Notes: generated by a model from the letters alone, not told the origin. A stretch of DNA of 64,000 bases from Candidatus Woesearchaeota archaeon (GCA_049700835.1 JBNAUL010000001.1:182043-246042); one strand, 5' to 3'. Numbered from the stretch's first letter, positions 10,154 to 19,765 are shown. Program-made: numbers and translations.

Positions 10154-11473
10154 TCAAAACACGCTCTTTTTCTTATGTATTGCAACTGGAGAAGAACCTC
10201 CATGCCAGCTTACTCTTGGACGAACCCTTATTGGAAACATTCTCTCGTTTGTATCGTCAAACACAACAGCAGCACCCTGCACCCTTGGAAGCTCGTTTAT
10301 GTATTTGTCAAGAGAGCCGCGCATGTAGCTTTGCATCAAAAGCCCTAAAGCATCAATATCTATCTTTGCTGTCAACCTGTGGCTTATCACAGTATCTGCT
10401 TGGGTCATTACATCAGTGTGTATCTTTCCAGGCTGTTGGGATGCAAGTATTAAAGAGATTCCTGGCTGCCTTCCTTCTCTCAATATCGTGATAAGAGGAT
10501 CAGATGCAACTGTTTTTTCATCCTTTGGTAAAAATTCATGCGCTTCATCAATAACAAGCCAAACCAATGGAAATTCCTGTTTTTCAGATTCCTCTGTTGT
10601 TAAAAAATTCAGATTTCTATGAAGTTCTTGAAATTCTTCTTTTCTTCTTTCTATCATTCTTTCAACAAACAATTTCTGAGCAACCAAACCAATAACTAAC
10701 GCCCTTATGTTTTGGCTTCCAGGAGTTGTTACATAACAGCTAACATCTAAAACACTGACTTGGCCTGGAATTACAAGATCGCTAAGCTTTGTACCTTGCT
10801 TGTCAAACAAACCCCAGCTAAGAGATTCTAAAAAGTGATTTTCAGCAGAAGATTTTATCCTTTGGTCTGATTTTTGGTCTTCTTCTATTCTGTCAATGAT
10901 GTCTTGTATTGAGAAATCTTCCTGCTCTATTTTTAACTTTGAAACTATCCTTGCAATCAAAATTCCTACCTCGCTTTCAGGGTCTATGTTCAATGTTCTG
11001 CACCAGTCAAGCGGAGTAAGTTCAGAAGGTTTAATTGAGAATGCAGCATCTGTTGGAATGCCCTTTTCCTTGAACTCGTTGTAGAACCCCTTTGGAGTAT
11101 ATATTTTTACATTCAAGCCTTTTGGCTTTAAATTCCATTCCTTAAGAAGTTCAGATTCTCTCTCATTAGGATATTTCATGGTCCAATAAATTCCCATTGT
11201 GTCAAGCATGACAACAGCCAAATTGGAACTAACCTCTTCAGGCATGTCTGCTATTGCCTCTGCAATCACTCCCATCGTATAACTCTTCCCAGAACCTCTT
11301 TTGCCACAGATGAATACAACATGGCTTCTAGCAACATCAAGGTAAACTGGATTTGACAAACTGCTTGTTTGCCCCATCTTGACATATTGCTTTCCTATGA
11401 GAACAGTTCCTGAATTTCCAAACCTTTTAACATCCTCAGGATCCCTTCCAATGATTATGTCATACATTTTCAA
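10154..11473 (-). CDS. HerA/FtsK-superfamily ATPase (DUF87, AAA-like domain)
   Basis: 439 aa. Walker A FICGKRGSGKSYTMG, Walker B/catalytic LVIDEAHEF, arginine finger region. Start codon abuts the stop of the upstream small membrane protein gene. Confidence 0.7.
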   Translation of the reverse strand: MKMYDIIIGRDPEDVKRFGNSGTVLIGKQYVKMGQTSSLSNPVYLDVARSHVVFICGKRGSGKSYTMGVIAEAIADMPEEVSSNLAVVMLDTMGIYWTMKYPNERESELLKEWNLKPKGLNVKIYTPKGFYNEFKEKGIPTDAAFSIKPSELTPLDWCRTLNIDPESEVGILIARIVSKLKIEQEDFSIQDIIDRIEEDQKSDQRIKSSAENHFLESLSWGLFDKQGTKLSDLVIPGQVSVLDVSCYVTTPGSQNIRALVIGLVAQKLFVERMIERRKEEFQELHRNLNFLTTEESEKQEFPLVWLVIDEAHEFLPKDEKTVASDPLITILREGRQPGISLILASQQPGKIHTDVMTQADTVISHRLTAKIDIDALGLLMQSYMRGSLDKYINELPRVQGAAVVFDDTNERMFPIRVRPRVSWHGGSSPVAIHKKKSVF

Positions 11474-11815
11474 TTAAATTGATTTTGTTATCTTATTATT
11501 TTTGTTTTTTTCTTTCATCTTTCTTTTTATTTTTTTCAGAATGTCCTCTTTTTCAATTTTCTTGGCAATCTTTTCAATTTCTTCTTGTTCCTTTTCCAAT
11601 CCGATTTTATCTGCAAGTTCTATCGGAGCATAAGCCATTGAAATTAAAGAGGAGATAAACATTATAGCAAACAATATCAAAAATGCCATTCCCCAATCAG
11701 GATAATCAGGGATTATGAAAATCGCTGAAATAATCATTCCAAGAATTGATGCTGCCATAAAACTTGCTTTCAAAGGAGCGATTTTAAACTCCATTACTAC
11801 CACCTCTTTTTGCAA
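11474..11815 (-). CDS. Small membrane protein (two predicted TM helices, charged K/E-rich C-terminal tail)
   Basis: 113 aa with two hydrophobic segments (AASILGMIISAIFII; MAFLILFAIMFISSLISMAY) and a lysine/glutamate-rich tail. Its stop is immediately adjacent to the ATPase start (11473/11474), suggesting translational coupling. Confidence 0.45.
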   Translation of the reverse strand: MQKEVVVMEFKIAPLKASFMAASILGMIISAIFIIPDYPDWGMAFLILFAIMFISSLISMAYAPIELADKIGLEKEQEEIEKIAKKIEKEDILKKIKRKMKEKNKNNKITKSI

Positions 11816-11884
11816 ACTTTTATTTTTTATATTTTTATCTTTTATTTTTATCTGCTTAAATAATTTGCTCTTTAAAATTTAATC

Positions 11885-12970
11885 TTATTCGAACCTTAAT
11901 ATTTTTGCATTACCAATTTCTTCTTTGGCTTTGATGAACTTTTCGTTCAAGGAATCAAAAAACCTGCCCATTAACTCGCAAGCGTTTTTCTTGCATTCGC
12001 CGCAAAGGATTTTCCCTGTTTTGCATTCATCATAAACCTTGCTCAACTGTTTATCATCCTCTATGAGGTGCTGCTTGTAAAGCTCAAACACCATGCAATT
12101 TTCAGGAATTCCGCCATTTTTCCTTTGTTCCTCAACATCTTTTCTTCCGCCGGTCAATGCGCTCATAATCTTCCTGCAGGCAGAATTCTTGTCCTCTGGC
12201 AAAAATATTGCAGAGTTTGGATTTGATTTTGACATCTTTAAGCTTCCGTCAAGAGATGGAACAAACTTATTGTATATAGAACTTGGAGTGAAGAATTTGT
12301 AATCTTTAGATCTTGCTACAATATCTCTTGTTAATCTTATATGGGGGTCTTGGTCAACTCCTACAGGAATTATTCCAGGCATTCTCTTTATTGTTTGAGG
12401 AAAGAGTATGTCTGCTGATTGAGTTAAAGCTGCAAATATTCTTGATGGCTCTGAATTGCCGTATATTGCTCTATATTCGTTCAGGGTAACTTTTGAGGAG
12501 AAAGCATAACTCAGATGCATCACATTCTTATTCTCTGATTGAAAATAGAATGTTGTCTTTTTGATGTCAAGACCCAAAGCCAAGTATATGGGGATATGAA
12601 AATCAAGAGCTCTCTTCTTTGATTCTTCCAAGCTTATGTTTCTTGTGCAAAGTGCTTCCAAATCAGCAATGCAGACATAAGTTTGAGCATTGTTCTTTTG
12701 AAAATAGGAAATCATGTCAATGACGCTCTTTGTTCCGAAGTGAATTTTTTCAGAAGAAGTCATTATTCCGCTGAGCACATAGTAGTCCTTTTTCTGCTTT
12801 ATGCATTCAGAAATAATCTTTAAACCTCTGCCAGCATAGATTATGCTTCTTCTCATTAAATGATTAGGATTTGGAAATTCATTCACATTGAATTTTTCAA
12901 ATCCAAACTTGTTTATTATTTCTTGGTAGTCCTTTGGCAATTCATCGCTCCAAGGATTAATGTTTTTCAT
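11885..12970 (-). CDS. trpS: Tryptophanyl-tRNA synthetase (archaeal/eukaryal type)
   Basis: 361 aa. GVDQDPHIRLTRD motif typical of TrpRS, KMSKS motif (KMSKSNPNSAI), C-terminal Cys cluster. The HIGH region reads SSEKIHFGT (second His replaced by Thr). Confidence 0.7.
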   Translation of the reverse strand: MKNINPWSDELPKDYQEIINKFGFEKFNVNEFPNPNHLMRRSIIYAGRGLKIISECIKQKKDYYVLSGIMTSSEKIHFGTKSVIDMISYFQKNNAQTYVCIADLEALCTRNISLEESKKRALDFHIPIYLALGLDIKKTTFYFQSENKNVMHLSYAFSSKVTLNEYRAIYGNSEPSRIFAALTQSADILFPQTIKRMPGIIPVGVDQDPHIRLTRDIVARSKDYKFFTPSSIYNKFVPSLDGSLKMSKSNPNSAIFLPEDKNSACRKIMSALTGGRKDVEEQRKNGGIPENCMVFELYKQHLIEDDKQLSKVYDECKTGKILCGECKKNACELMGRFFDSLNEKFIKAKEEIGNAKILRFE

Positions 12971-13080
12971 AAAATCCTAAAATAATTATTGATTATATAA
13001 AAATTTCTCTTTTAACTAATTTTTTAATTAAGTTTGAGTTTATAGAAAAATATAAATACAAATAAAAAAACATTGCTGTT

Positions 13081-13341
13081 ATGAATTTTATAACATTGAT
13101 AGGATTTTTTGCAGGCATATGCTCAACATCTGCTTTTGTTCCACAAGCGATTAAAACAATAAGGACAAAGAGTGCTAAGGACTTGTCATTCGAAACTTAT
13201 TTGCTGATAAACTTAGGGCTTTTGCTGTGGTTGATTTACGGAATTTTATTGAAGGAATTGCCTATAATCTTAGCTAATGGAATTGCTTTTGTTTTTGCAA
13301 TCATTATTCTCTTTCTCATAATAAAATACAAAAAGGTTTAG
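13081..13341 (+). CDS. SemiSWEET / PQ-loop family transporter
   Basis: 86 aa with three TM helices and the PQ motif (FVPQAIKTIRTKS) in TM1. Size and topology match SemiSWEET. Confidence 0.65.
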   Translation: MNFITLIGFFAGICSTSAFVPQAIKTIRTKSAKDLSFETYLLINLGLLLWLIYGILLKELPIILANGIAFVFAIIILFLIIKYKKV

Positions 13342-13894
13342 AATCCTGCTAAACTTCAATGTACTGATAGAATATTTTAACAATACTTCAGCAAGAGCAA
13401 ATTTTAAAATTTCTGTAAATTTTTTGGACTTTGAATAAAGGAATCTGCTCGCGCAAGATTTATCAATTTTATGATAATCCCATAATAATCAAAAAGCAGA
13501 ATGGAAGCAATAATACACGATCCAAAGAATTTTAAATTGCTGAAGAAAAAGATAAAAATGGATTAGCCTGAGAAGCTTCACATAATGCTGATTTTGACAA
13601 GATGCTACTTATAAATATGTTGATAGAAGACACATAGATTAAATGGTTTGATTATGAAAATTTGCTCAGGATAGGTTTTTTGAACAATGAAATGAAAGAA
13701 TTTGGTGGAAGCTATAAAAAGAATTTTGATGTTGTTTTAGCAGGAAATAGAGATTTTTATTATGTCAAAGATTTGGTTAGGGAACTAATCTCGTAGCATC
13801 AAAAATTTATTATTTTGCTCTTTTATTTTTTATGCTTTTCAACGCTTTCAAAATTAGCAATATTTAAAAACAACAGCGCAAACTTATTTTTTTT

Positions 13895-14866
13895 ATGAAA
13901 CACAACCTAAAGATAACTGCCCTTGTAATACTCTTTTTTTTATTATCTCAGGCAATTGGTTTAGGAGTATTAATGAAGTATGTAGATTACAAAAAAACAA
14001 AAGAAACAGGACAAATCTCTTGGAAAGACCTTCCTTATGAAATTGAAAGGCCAAAGGTTCAAGAATCAACATCGTTTATTTACATCTTTGCTGCAATCAT
14101 TATTGGCACAATACTGCTCTTAGGTTTAATAAGAACAAGAGTTAAGTTTTTCTGGAAGCTGTGGTTTTTCTTGGCGGTTATGAGCTGTTTGGCAATTTCA
14201 TTCAGCGCTTTTATTCCAGCAGGAATAGCATTTTTATTAGCAACTATGCTTGCGTTCTGGAAAATAATAAAGCCAAACTTCTATGTTCATAACCTTACAG
14301 AATTATTCATTTATGGGGGGATAGCAGCAGTCTTTGTTCCAGTAATGAATGTTTTCTCAGCATCCTTGCTTTTGATAATCATTTCAATATACGATTTTAT
14401 AGCTGTCTACAAGATAAAACACATGGTTACATTGGCAAAGTTTCAGAGTTCAGAAAATGTTTTTGCAGGTTTGTATATGCCTTACTCAAAAAAGGAATCA
14501 AAACTTATAACATCTTTAAAGAGAAGACATGGATTAGAAGATAAAAGCTTTGAAACAAGAAAAGAGAAGGAGAATGAGAATAGAAAATCAAACCTTAAAG
14601 CAAGAACAAGGAATGACTTTGAGATAGCAATACTTGGAGGAGGCGACATTGCCTTGCCCCTAATTTTTACAGGAGTAATACTGAAAACTTACGGGCTCTT
14701 AAGTTCTTTCACTATAATTTTATTTTCTACGCTTGCACTGACATATCTATTGTTTAAATCAGAAAAGAAAAAATTTTATCCTGCGATGCCATTCATAACA
14801 ACGGGGTGCTTCATAGGTTATATCTCGATTTTGCTGCTGAAAAATCTTTTTATTGCTTTAATTTGA
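13895..14866 (+). CDS. Presenilin/signal-peptide-peptidase homolog (A22 intramembrane aspartyl protease)
   Basis: 323 aa polytopic membrane protein with YD motif (SIYDFIAVYK), GxGD motif (ILGGGDIALPLIF) and a PAL-like motif (YPAMPF) in the expected order and spacing. Confidence 0.65.
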   Translation: MKHNLKITALVILFFLLSQAIGLGVLMKYVDYKKTKETGQISWKDLPYEIERPKVQESTSFIYIFAAIIIGTILLLGLIRTRVKFFWKLWFFLAVMSCLAISFSAFIPAGIAFLLATMLAFWKIIKPNFYVHNLTELFIYGGIAAVFVPVMNVFSASLLLIIISIYDFIAVYKIKHMVTLAKFQSSENVFAGLYMPYSKKESKLITSLKRRHGLEDKSFETRKEKENENRKSNLKARTRNDFEIAILGGGDIALPLIFTGVILKTYGLLSSFTIILFSTLALTYLLFKSEKKKFYPAMPFITTGCFIGYISILLLKNLFIALI

Positions 14867-15187
14867 ATTTTTAACAAACTCTTTAATAGCATTCATTAAG
14901 TCATCGATGCAGAAACCGATTAGTTTTATGTTGTTCTTGTTTATAAACTCGTTAAGATTATTCTTTAAGGCAGTCAAATCATCTTCTTCTAATCTTGCAT
15001 TTTTAATCAAGTTTTCAATTTCAAATATTGAATTCTCAGGATGAATGAAAAAATCGCCTGTTATCTTTATGTCTTTGATTATGCTTTTATTTGCGCTATC
15101 CAAGATTGCTTCTATCCTAATCAATTTTCCATTTGTAACCTTATAATCAACCTCTTTTCTCATTTTGCTTATCTTAAAAAATTCCAT
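14858..15187 (-). CDS. Lipoate-protein ligase A C-terminal domain protein (separate LplA-C subunit)
   Basis: 109 aa. Immediately downstream of and overlapping lplA. Archaeal LplA is typically split into catalytic and small C-terminal domain proteins. The sequence is consistent with the LplA-C fold (..ITGDFFIHPE..). Confidence 0.55.
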   Translation of the reverse strand: MEFFKISKMRKEVDYKVTNGKLIRIEAILDSANKSIIKDIKITGDFFIHPENSIFEIENLIKNARLEEDDLTALKNNLNEFINKNNIKLIGFCIDDLMNAIKEFVKNSN

Positions 15188-15963
15188 TCTCTTGAAGAAT
15201 ATTTTTCCTTGAAAAGTTTTTTGCTAAGTTTTGTTTCAAAATCAGTTAATTCTTGTTCTTCAAACTCAACATTAAAAGCATCCTTAAAACCGTGTATTAA
15301 ATTTTGTCTTATTGTTTCAATATTTAATTCTGTATTCATTATTTTATTTAAGCCAATCACTCTTTCTTCTGCAGAACTTATTAGTTTATCTCTAATCTTT
15401 TCATTAGGAACTTTCAACAAGGAAAACATTTTCTTAGCATCAACATCCAACAATAAAGTTCCGTGCTGCATTATGATGTTTTCTCTCCTTGTCTGAGCAT
15501 TCCCAGAAATCTTTTTGTTGTTAACAACAATATCGTTTATTGGTTTGAAATCAGCATTTACTCCTAAAAAACCAAGCCCTTTTATTATTCCATTACAAAT
15601 TATTCTGTATGATTCAAGAATATCAGTTGAAGCGTCTTGCTCTGATAAGACGATTGAATAGGTTATTTCTCTATCATGAAAAACAGCACCCCCTCCTGTT
15701 ATTCTTCTAACAATATCTATTCCAAAATTATTTGCTCTTTCAATATCAACTTCTTTTTCAATGCCCTGAAAATAACCTATTGAAACGCACTTTGGGCTCC
15801 AAGAATAAAATCTTAGAGTGTTTGGAACAACGCCTTTAATCCTTGCAGTTAAGATTGCTTCATCAATCGCCATCTGCATAAAACCATTATCCTCGTTAAA
15901 TCCTATCAATCTCCAAACTTCCTTGTTTTCTTTTTTACCCATATTTTTACCCATACATTTCAC
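15169..15963 (-). CDS. lplA: Lipoate-protein ligase A (catalytic BPL/LPL domain)
   Basis: 264 aa. BPL/LPL catalytic domain motifs (RRITGGGAVFHD, lysine-containing K..SGNAQ region). Confidence 0.8.
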   Translation of the reverse strand: MKCMGKNMGKKENKEVWRLIGFNEDNGFMQMAIDEAILTARIKGVVPNTLRFYSWSPKCVSIGYFQGIEKEVDIERANNFGIDIVRRITGGGAVFHDREITYSIVLSEQDASTDILESYRIICNGIIKGLGFLGVNADFKPINDIVVNNKKISGNAQTRRENIIMQHGTLLLDVDAKKMFSLLKVPNEKIRDKLISSAEERVIGLNKIMNTELNIETIRQNLIHGFKDAFNVEFEEQELTDFETKLSKKLFKEKYSSREWNFLR

Positions 15964-16807
15964 CAGCCATATAAGAACTTCTTACAAAGAAACCTGAAAA
16001 TACCTTCTTGAAACCAACTTTCTCAGCAAACCTTTTTATTTCCTCAAACTCTTTCTTAGAATAATACCTTTTAACACTAAAATGTTTTTTACTTGGTTGC
16101 AAGTATTGTCCAACAGTAAGGATATCGCATTCTGCATTGTACAAATCAATTATTGTTTTGAAAATCTGTTTTTTATTTTCGCCAAAACCAAGCATGAAAC
16201 CTGATTTTGTTGTTATCTTTGGATTTAATTCTTTGATTTTTTTTAGCAGTTTTAAAGATAAATCGTAGTTTCCCTTAGGCCTTAATATTTTGAACAATTC
16301 CTGAACAACTTCAATATTGTGGTTAACAACATCAGGATTTGAATTGAGCACTTCTTTCAAAGCATTCCAATTTCCTCTTAAGTCAGGAATTAGAAGTTCT
16401 ATCCTGCAATTAGGGTTTATACTTCTTATTTCTCTAACAGTTCTTGCGAACTGCCCTGCGCCACTATCCTTTAAATCGTCTCTTGTTACAGAAGTTATGA
16501 CGGCATGCTCTATTCTCAATCTTTTTATTGCAAGAGCAATTCTTCTTGGTTCTCCTAAATCAATTTTTTTTGGCACGCCCTTTTTTACATTACAGTACAA
16601 GCAATTCCTAGTGCAAACATCTCCTAAGATCAAGAAAGTTGCGGTCTTCTTTGACAAGCATTCGTAACGATTTGGGCAATTGGCTTCAAAGCAAATTGTG
16701 TTTAATTCAAAAGATTCAATTAATTTTTTTGTTTTTAAATAAGCTTTTTTATTGTAATTCTTTATTTTTGGAAATAATCTTTTTTTATTTTTTTTCATAA
16801 TAAACAA
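15947..16807 (-). CDS. lipA: Lipoyl synthase (radical SAM)
   Basis: 286 aa. Radical-SAM CxxxCxxC (CTRNCLYC) plus N-terminal auxiliary cluster cysteines (CFEANCPNRYEC). Start overlaps the lplA end. Confidence 0.85.
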   Translation of the reverse strand: MFIMKKNKKRLFPKIKNYNKKAYLKTKKLIESFELNTICFEANCPNRYECLSKKTATFLILGDVCTRNCLYCNVKKGVPKKIDLGEPRRIALAIKRLRIEHAVITSVTRDDLKDSGAGQFARTVREIRSINPNCRIELLIPDLRGNWNALKEVLNSNPDVVNHNIEVVQELFKILRPKGNYDLSLKLLKKIKELNPKITTKSGFMLGFGENKKQIFKTIIDLYNAECDILTVGQYLQPSKKHFSVKRYYSKKEFEEIKRFAEKVGFKKVFSGFFVRSSYMAGEMYG

Positions 16808-16913
16808 ACCATTTTTTATGAATATTAATGGCTTAGAGCAATTTTAAGCTTGCTAAGCTTATTTAAATATTTTGATGATTTCGCTTTAGTTGGTATTCGA
16901 TCAGGAGAAAAAT

Positions 16914-17723
16914 TTACTGATAATTTATTATCTTTGTTTGCATGTGATTTGGAGCATACTCGTCAAGATTAATGCTCATTCCGTCCTTTGCAGCCATTAC
17001 ATTCGTAGAGGTTTTCTTTGCAATGTTTCTTGCTTCTGTCAACGGGTTTTCCTTTAGCATTTCTATTCCGAAATGAGTTATTATTGCAAGATTAGGCCTT
17101 ATGCTTTCAATTATTCTGCACGCATCTTCAGAGTTTAGATTGCCTTTTTGTTTTATAGAATTTGGCTTGACAACATTTAGTATAAGCACATTGGCATCTG
17201 AATGTTCTGTTTCCAATTCCTTAAAATATTCTGTATCTGAGAGATACGAAACAATTATCTTTGGAGTTATTATCTTAAAACCGATGTTTTCTGTGGTGTG
17301 TTTTGTCTTTGTTGCAATTATTTCAATATCATCAATTCCAACCTTTCTTCCAGGCTCTAAAACCATGTACTTTATCAAAGATTCCTTGTGAAAATTTGTG
17401 AGAACAGGTTTTTCATTATCAGAACCGTTTATCACAGAATTGGTGCTTATCAAGTAGCCCTTCTTATCTATTCCACCAAGGGTTAGAGCGTCTATAAGTG
17501 CGTTTAAATCATTGCAATGGTTCAAATGATTATGACTAACTAATATGAAATTGGATTTTAAGACATCAATCCCATTCTGAGAAGCCCTTGCCAATGCGCC
17601 TGGCCCAGGATCTAAGTGAAATTGGTAGTTACCTATTTTTAAGACAATGCCTCCTGAAGCCCTCAACTGTTTTCCAAAAACAACAGAATCTCCTGCTGTT
17701 CCAAGAAAAATTAGTTGAACCAT
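16914..17723 (-). CDS. Metallo-beta-lactamase fold hydrolase
   Basis: 269 aa. Histidine motif VSHNHLNHCND and overall MBL-fold arrangement. Confidence 0.5.
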   Translation of the reverse strand: MVQLIFLGTAGDSVVFGKQLRASGGIVLKIGNYQFHLDPGPGALARASQNGIDVLKSNFILVSHNHLNHCNDLNALIDALTLGGIDKKGYLISTNSVINGSDNEKPVLTNFHKESLIKYMVLEPGRKVGIDDIEIIATKTKHTTENIGFKIITPKIIVSYLSDTEYFKELETEHSDANVLILNVVKPNSIKQKGNLNSEDACRIIESIRPNLAIITHFGIEMLKENPLTEARNIAKKTSTNVMAAKDGMSINLDEYAPNHMQTKIINYQ

Positions 17724-17828
17724 ATTAGATAAAAAAGTTCTTGCGTTTTTTAAATTTTTCTCAATTTTTTTTCAAAGTTTCGCAAATTTTTAAATATTAG
17801 AAAATGTTCTTTCTCTATAGGGGAAATT

Positions 17829-18473
17829 ATGAATGTTGGATTTAATGAAAAAATAAAACTTTTAGCAATATTTTTTGCGTTTGTCTTCATTTCAGGCTGT
17901 TCGCATACAGATGCAGGAAAGGAATTTTTGGAAAATAACAAAACAAGCAGCAAAGCGCAAAACAAGAGCATATTGATGATAATAGCGCCAAAGGATTTCA
18001 GAGATGAAGAACTAAAAATTCCAAAAACAAATTTTGAGAGAAGCGGTATTAGGGTTTTTGTTGCGAGTTCAGAAGAAACATCTTATGGAATGCTTGGCTC
18101 AAGAATTAACAGGGATTTTTCCTTAGAAGAGGCTTTAAACAGGATTAATGAGTTTGACGCTGTTATTTTGGTTGGAGGTTCAGGAAGCGCTGTTTACTTT
18201 AACAATTCTTTAGTCAAAGAAATTGTTTTGAAGGCTTACGAGAGCAACAAATTAATAGGGGCAATATGCTTGGCTCCTGTAATACTCGCAAATGCAGGAA
18301 TCTTGGAAAACAGGAGCGCAACCGTTTTTGATCACGAATACATAAAGATAATTGAGGAAAAGGGAGCAGCATATTCTTCAGAAGATGTTGTTGTTGATGG
18401 CAACATAGTTACTGCGAACTCTCCAAATTCAGCTTTAAAATTTTCAGATGAAATAATAAAAAAATTAAAATAA
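17829..18473 (+). CDS. DJ-1/PfpI family protein with N-terminal signal peptide and lipobox
   Basis: 214 aa. Signal peptide ending in a lipobox-like FISGCS. Nucleophile-elbow Cys (AICLAPVIL) of the DJ-1/PfpI family. Confidence 0.6.
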   Translation: MNVGFNEKIKLLAIFFAFVFISGCSHTDAGKEFLENNKTSSKAQNKSILMIIAPKDFRDEELKIPKTNFERSGIRVFVASSEETSYGMLGSRINRDFSLEEALNRINEFDAVILVGGSGSAVYFNNSLVKEIVLKAYESNKLIGAICLAPVILANAGILENRSATVFDHEYIKIIEEKGAAYSSEDVVVDGNIVTANSPNSALKFSDEIIKKLK

Positions 18474-18505
18474 AAATAAAACAAAAAATAGATAGGTGAT
18501 GAGAA

Positions 18506-19150
18506 ATGAAAAAGTTTGATTACAAAGGAATAACAATTTCTTGGGAAGGGCATGCGTCTTTCAAAATAAAGAGCAAAGATAAAATTTTACAAATAGACCC
18601 CTTTCAATTGGAGAGCTTTGAAAAGGCAGATTTGATATTAATAACGCACGGGCACTACGATCATTGCAGTTTAACAGATTTGAGCAGAATAGTAAAGAAT
18701 GGAACAATAATTGTTGCTCCACCTGATTGCAGCAGCACATTATCAAAGCTTCAAGGAATAGAAATAAAACTCATACAACCACACCAAAAATTGCAAGTTT
18801 ATGATTTTAAGATAGAAGCAATACCTGCTTACAATGTTAATAAAACATTTCATAAAAAAACAAACAATTGGGTTGGTTACATAATAGAAGTTGACAGCAT
18901 AAGAATATACCACGCAGGGGATACTGACTTAATAGAAGAGATGAAAGGGTTAAAGAATATTGATATAGCATTGTTGCCTGTAGGAGGGACTTACACAATG
19001 GATGCTAAAGAAGCAGCAGAAGCAGCAAACATTATAAAACCGAAAATTGCAGTTCCAATGCACTACGATAAGATTGTTGGGGACAAAGATGATGCAATTT
19101 TATTTAAAAAATTTGCTCAGTGCGATGTAAGAATTTTATCTTCAGAATAG
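18506..19150 (+). CDS. Metal-dependent hydrolase, beta-lactamase fold (UPF0173-like)
   Basis: 214 aa. HxHxDH motif (ITHGHYDHC) and downstream H/D ligands (YHAGDTD; PMHYD). Confidence 0.7.
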   Translation: MKKFDYKGITISWEGHASFKIKSKDKILQIDPFQLESFEKADLILITHGHYDHCSLTDLSRIVKNGTIIVAPPDCSSTLSKLQGIEIKLIQPHQKLQVYDFKIEAIPAYNVNKTFHKKTNNWVGYIIEVDSIRIYHAGDTDLIEEMKGLKNIDIALLPVGGTYTMDAKEAAEAANIIKPKIAVPMHYDKIVGDKDDAILFKKFAQCDVRILSSE

Positions 19151-19190
19151 TTGTCTTCAAACAGTTTAAGGAATTTAATGGAAAGGCAAG

Positions 19191-19640
19191 GTGGTTTTTC
19201 TGAGGTTGTGGAGCATTCATCCAAAGTACTTGGACAAAAAGGGCTTAGTTGCTTTGTGGAGAGAAGCTCTTCTTGCAAAAAAGGTTTTGGAAGGGAAAAC
19301 AAGAGGCTATAAAAATCATCCGCAACTAATAAGATTCAAGAGTTTTAAAAGTCCTATTTTGGCAATAAATTCTTACCTTTACTTTGTTTACTTGGAATCA
19401 AAGAAAAGGGGTTACAATTTCAACATCAATAAATTAAAGATTAGAACAACCAAGTATACGAAACTAATTCCTATAAACAGCGGGCAAGCGATTTTTGAGT
19501 TTAACCACCTTCTAAAAAAACTTTCAAATAGAGACAAATTTCTTTATGAAAAATTGAGAGATTTAAACAAAAGAAGATTGGCTTTGAATCCTGTTTTTTA
19601 CAAGGTTAAGGGCAATGACAAGGAATTTTGGGAAAGATAG
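19191..19640 (+). CDS. Pyrimidine dimer DNA glycosylase (T4 endonuclease V / DenV family)
   Basis: 149 aa. N-terminal LRLWSIHPKYLDKKGLVALWREALLAKKVLEGKTRGYKNHPQL matches the conserved N-terminal block of the Pyr_excise (endonuclease V) family. Confidence 0.6.
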   Translation: MVFLRLWSIHPKYLDKKGLVALWREALLAKKVLEGKTRGYKNHPQLIRFKSFKSPILAINSYLYFVYLESKKRGYNFNINKLKIRTTKYTKLIPINSGQAIFEFNHLLKKLSNRDKFLYEKLRDLNKRRLALNPVFYKVKGNDKEFWER

Positions 19641-19744
19641 TTAAAGCACGCTTTTCTTTTATTTGTTTAATCGTTTTTTTAAATTCATAAAAATTAGAGA
19701 AAGATTTTTATATATATAAGTATTGTATCTACTTAAGGATAGAT

Positions 19745-19765
19745 AAAAAACGAAAGATTTATAAA
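19745..19765 (+). promoter_or_regulatory. Putative BRE/TATA promoter element (aaaaaacgaaagatttataaa) for the surface-protein operon
   Basis: A 17-nt core AAAAAACGAAAGATTTA is shared with 26024-26044 upstream of the next surface gene. The related aaaacaaaagctttatatataa lies at 27576-27599. Each is 75-100 bp upstream of an ATG preceded by a strong GGGGG/GGAGG SD. Confidence 0.4.
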
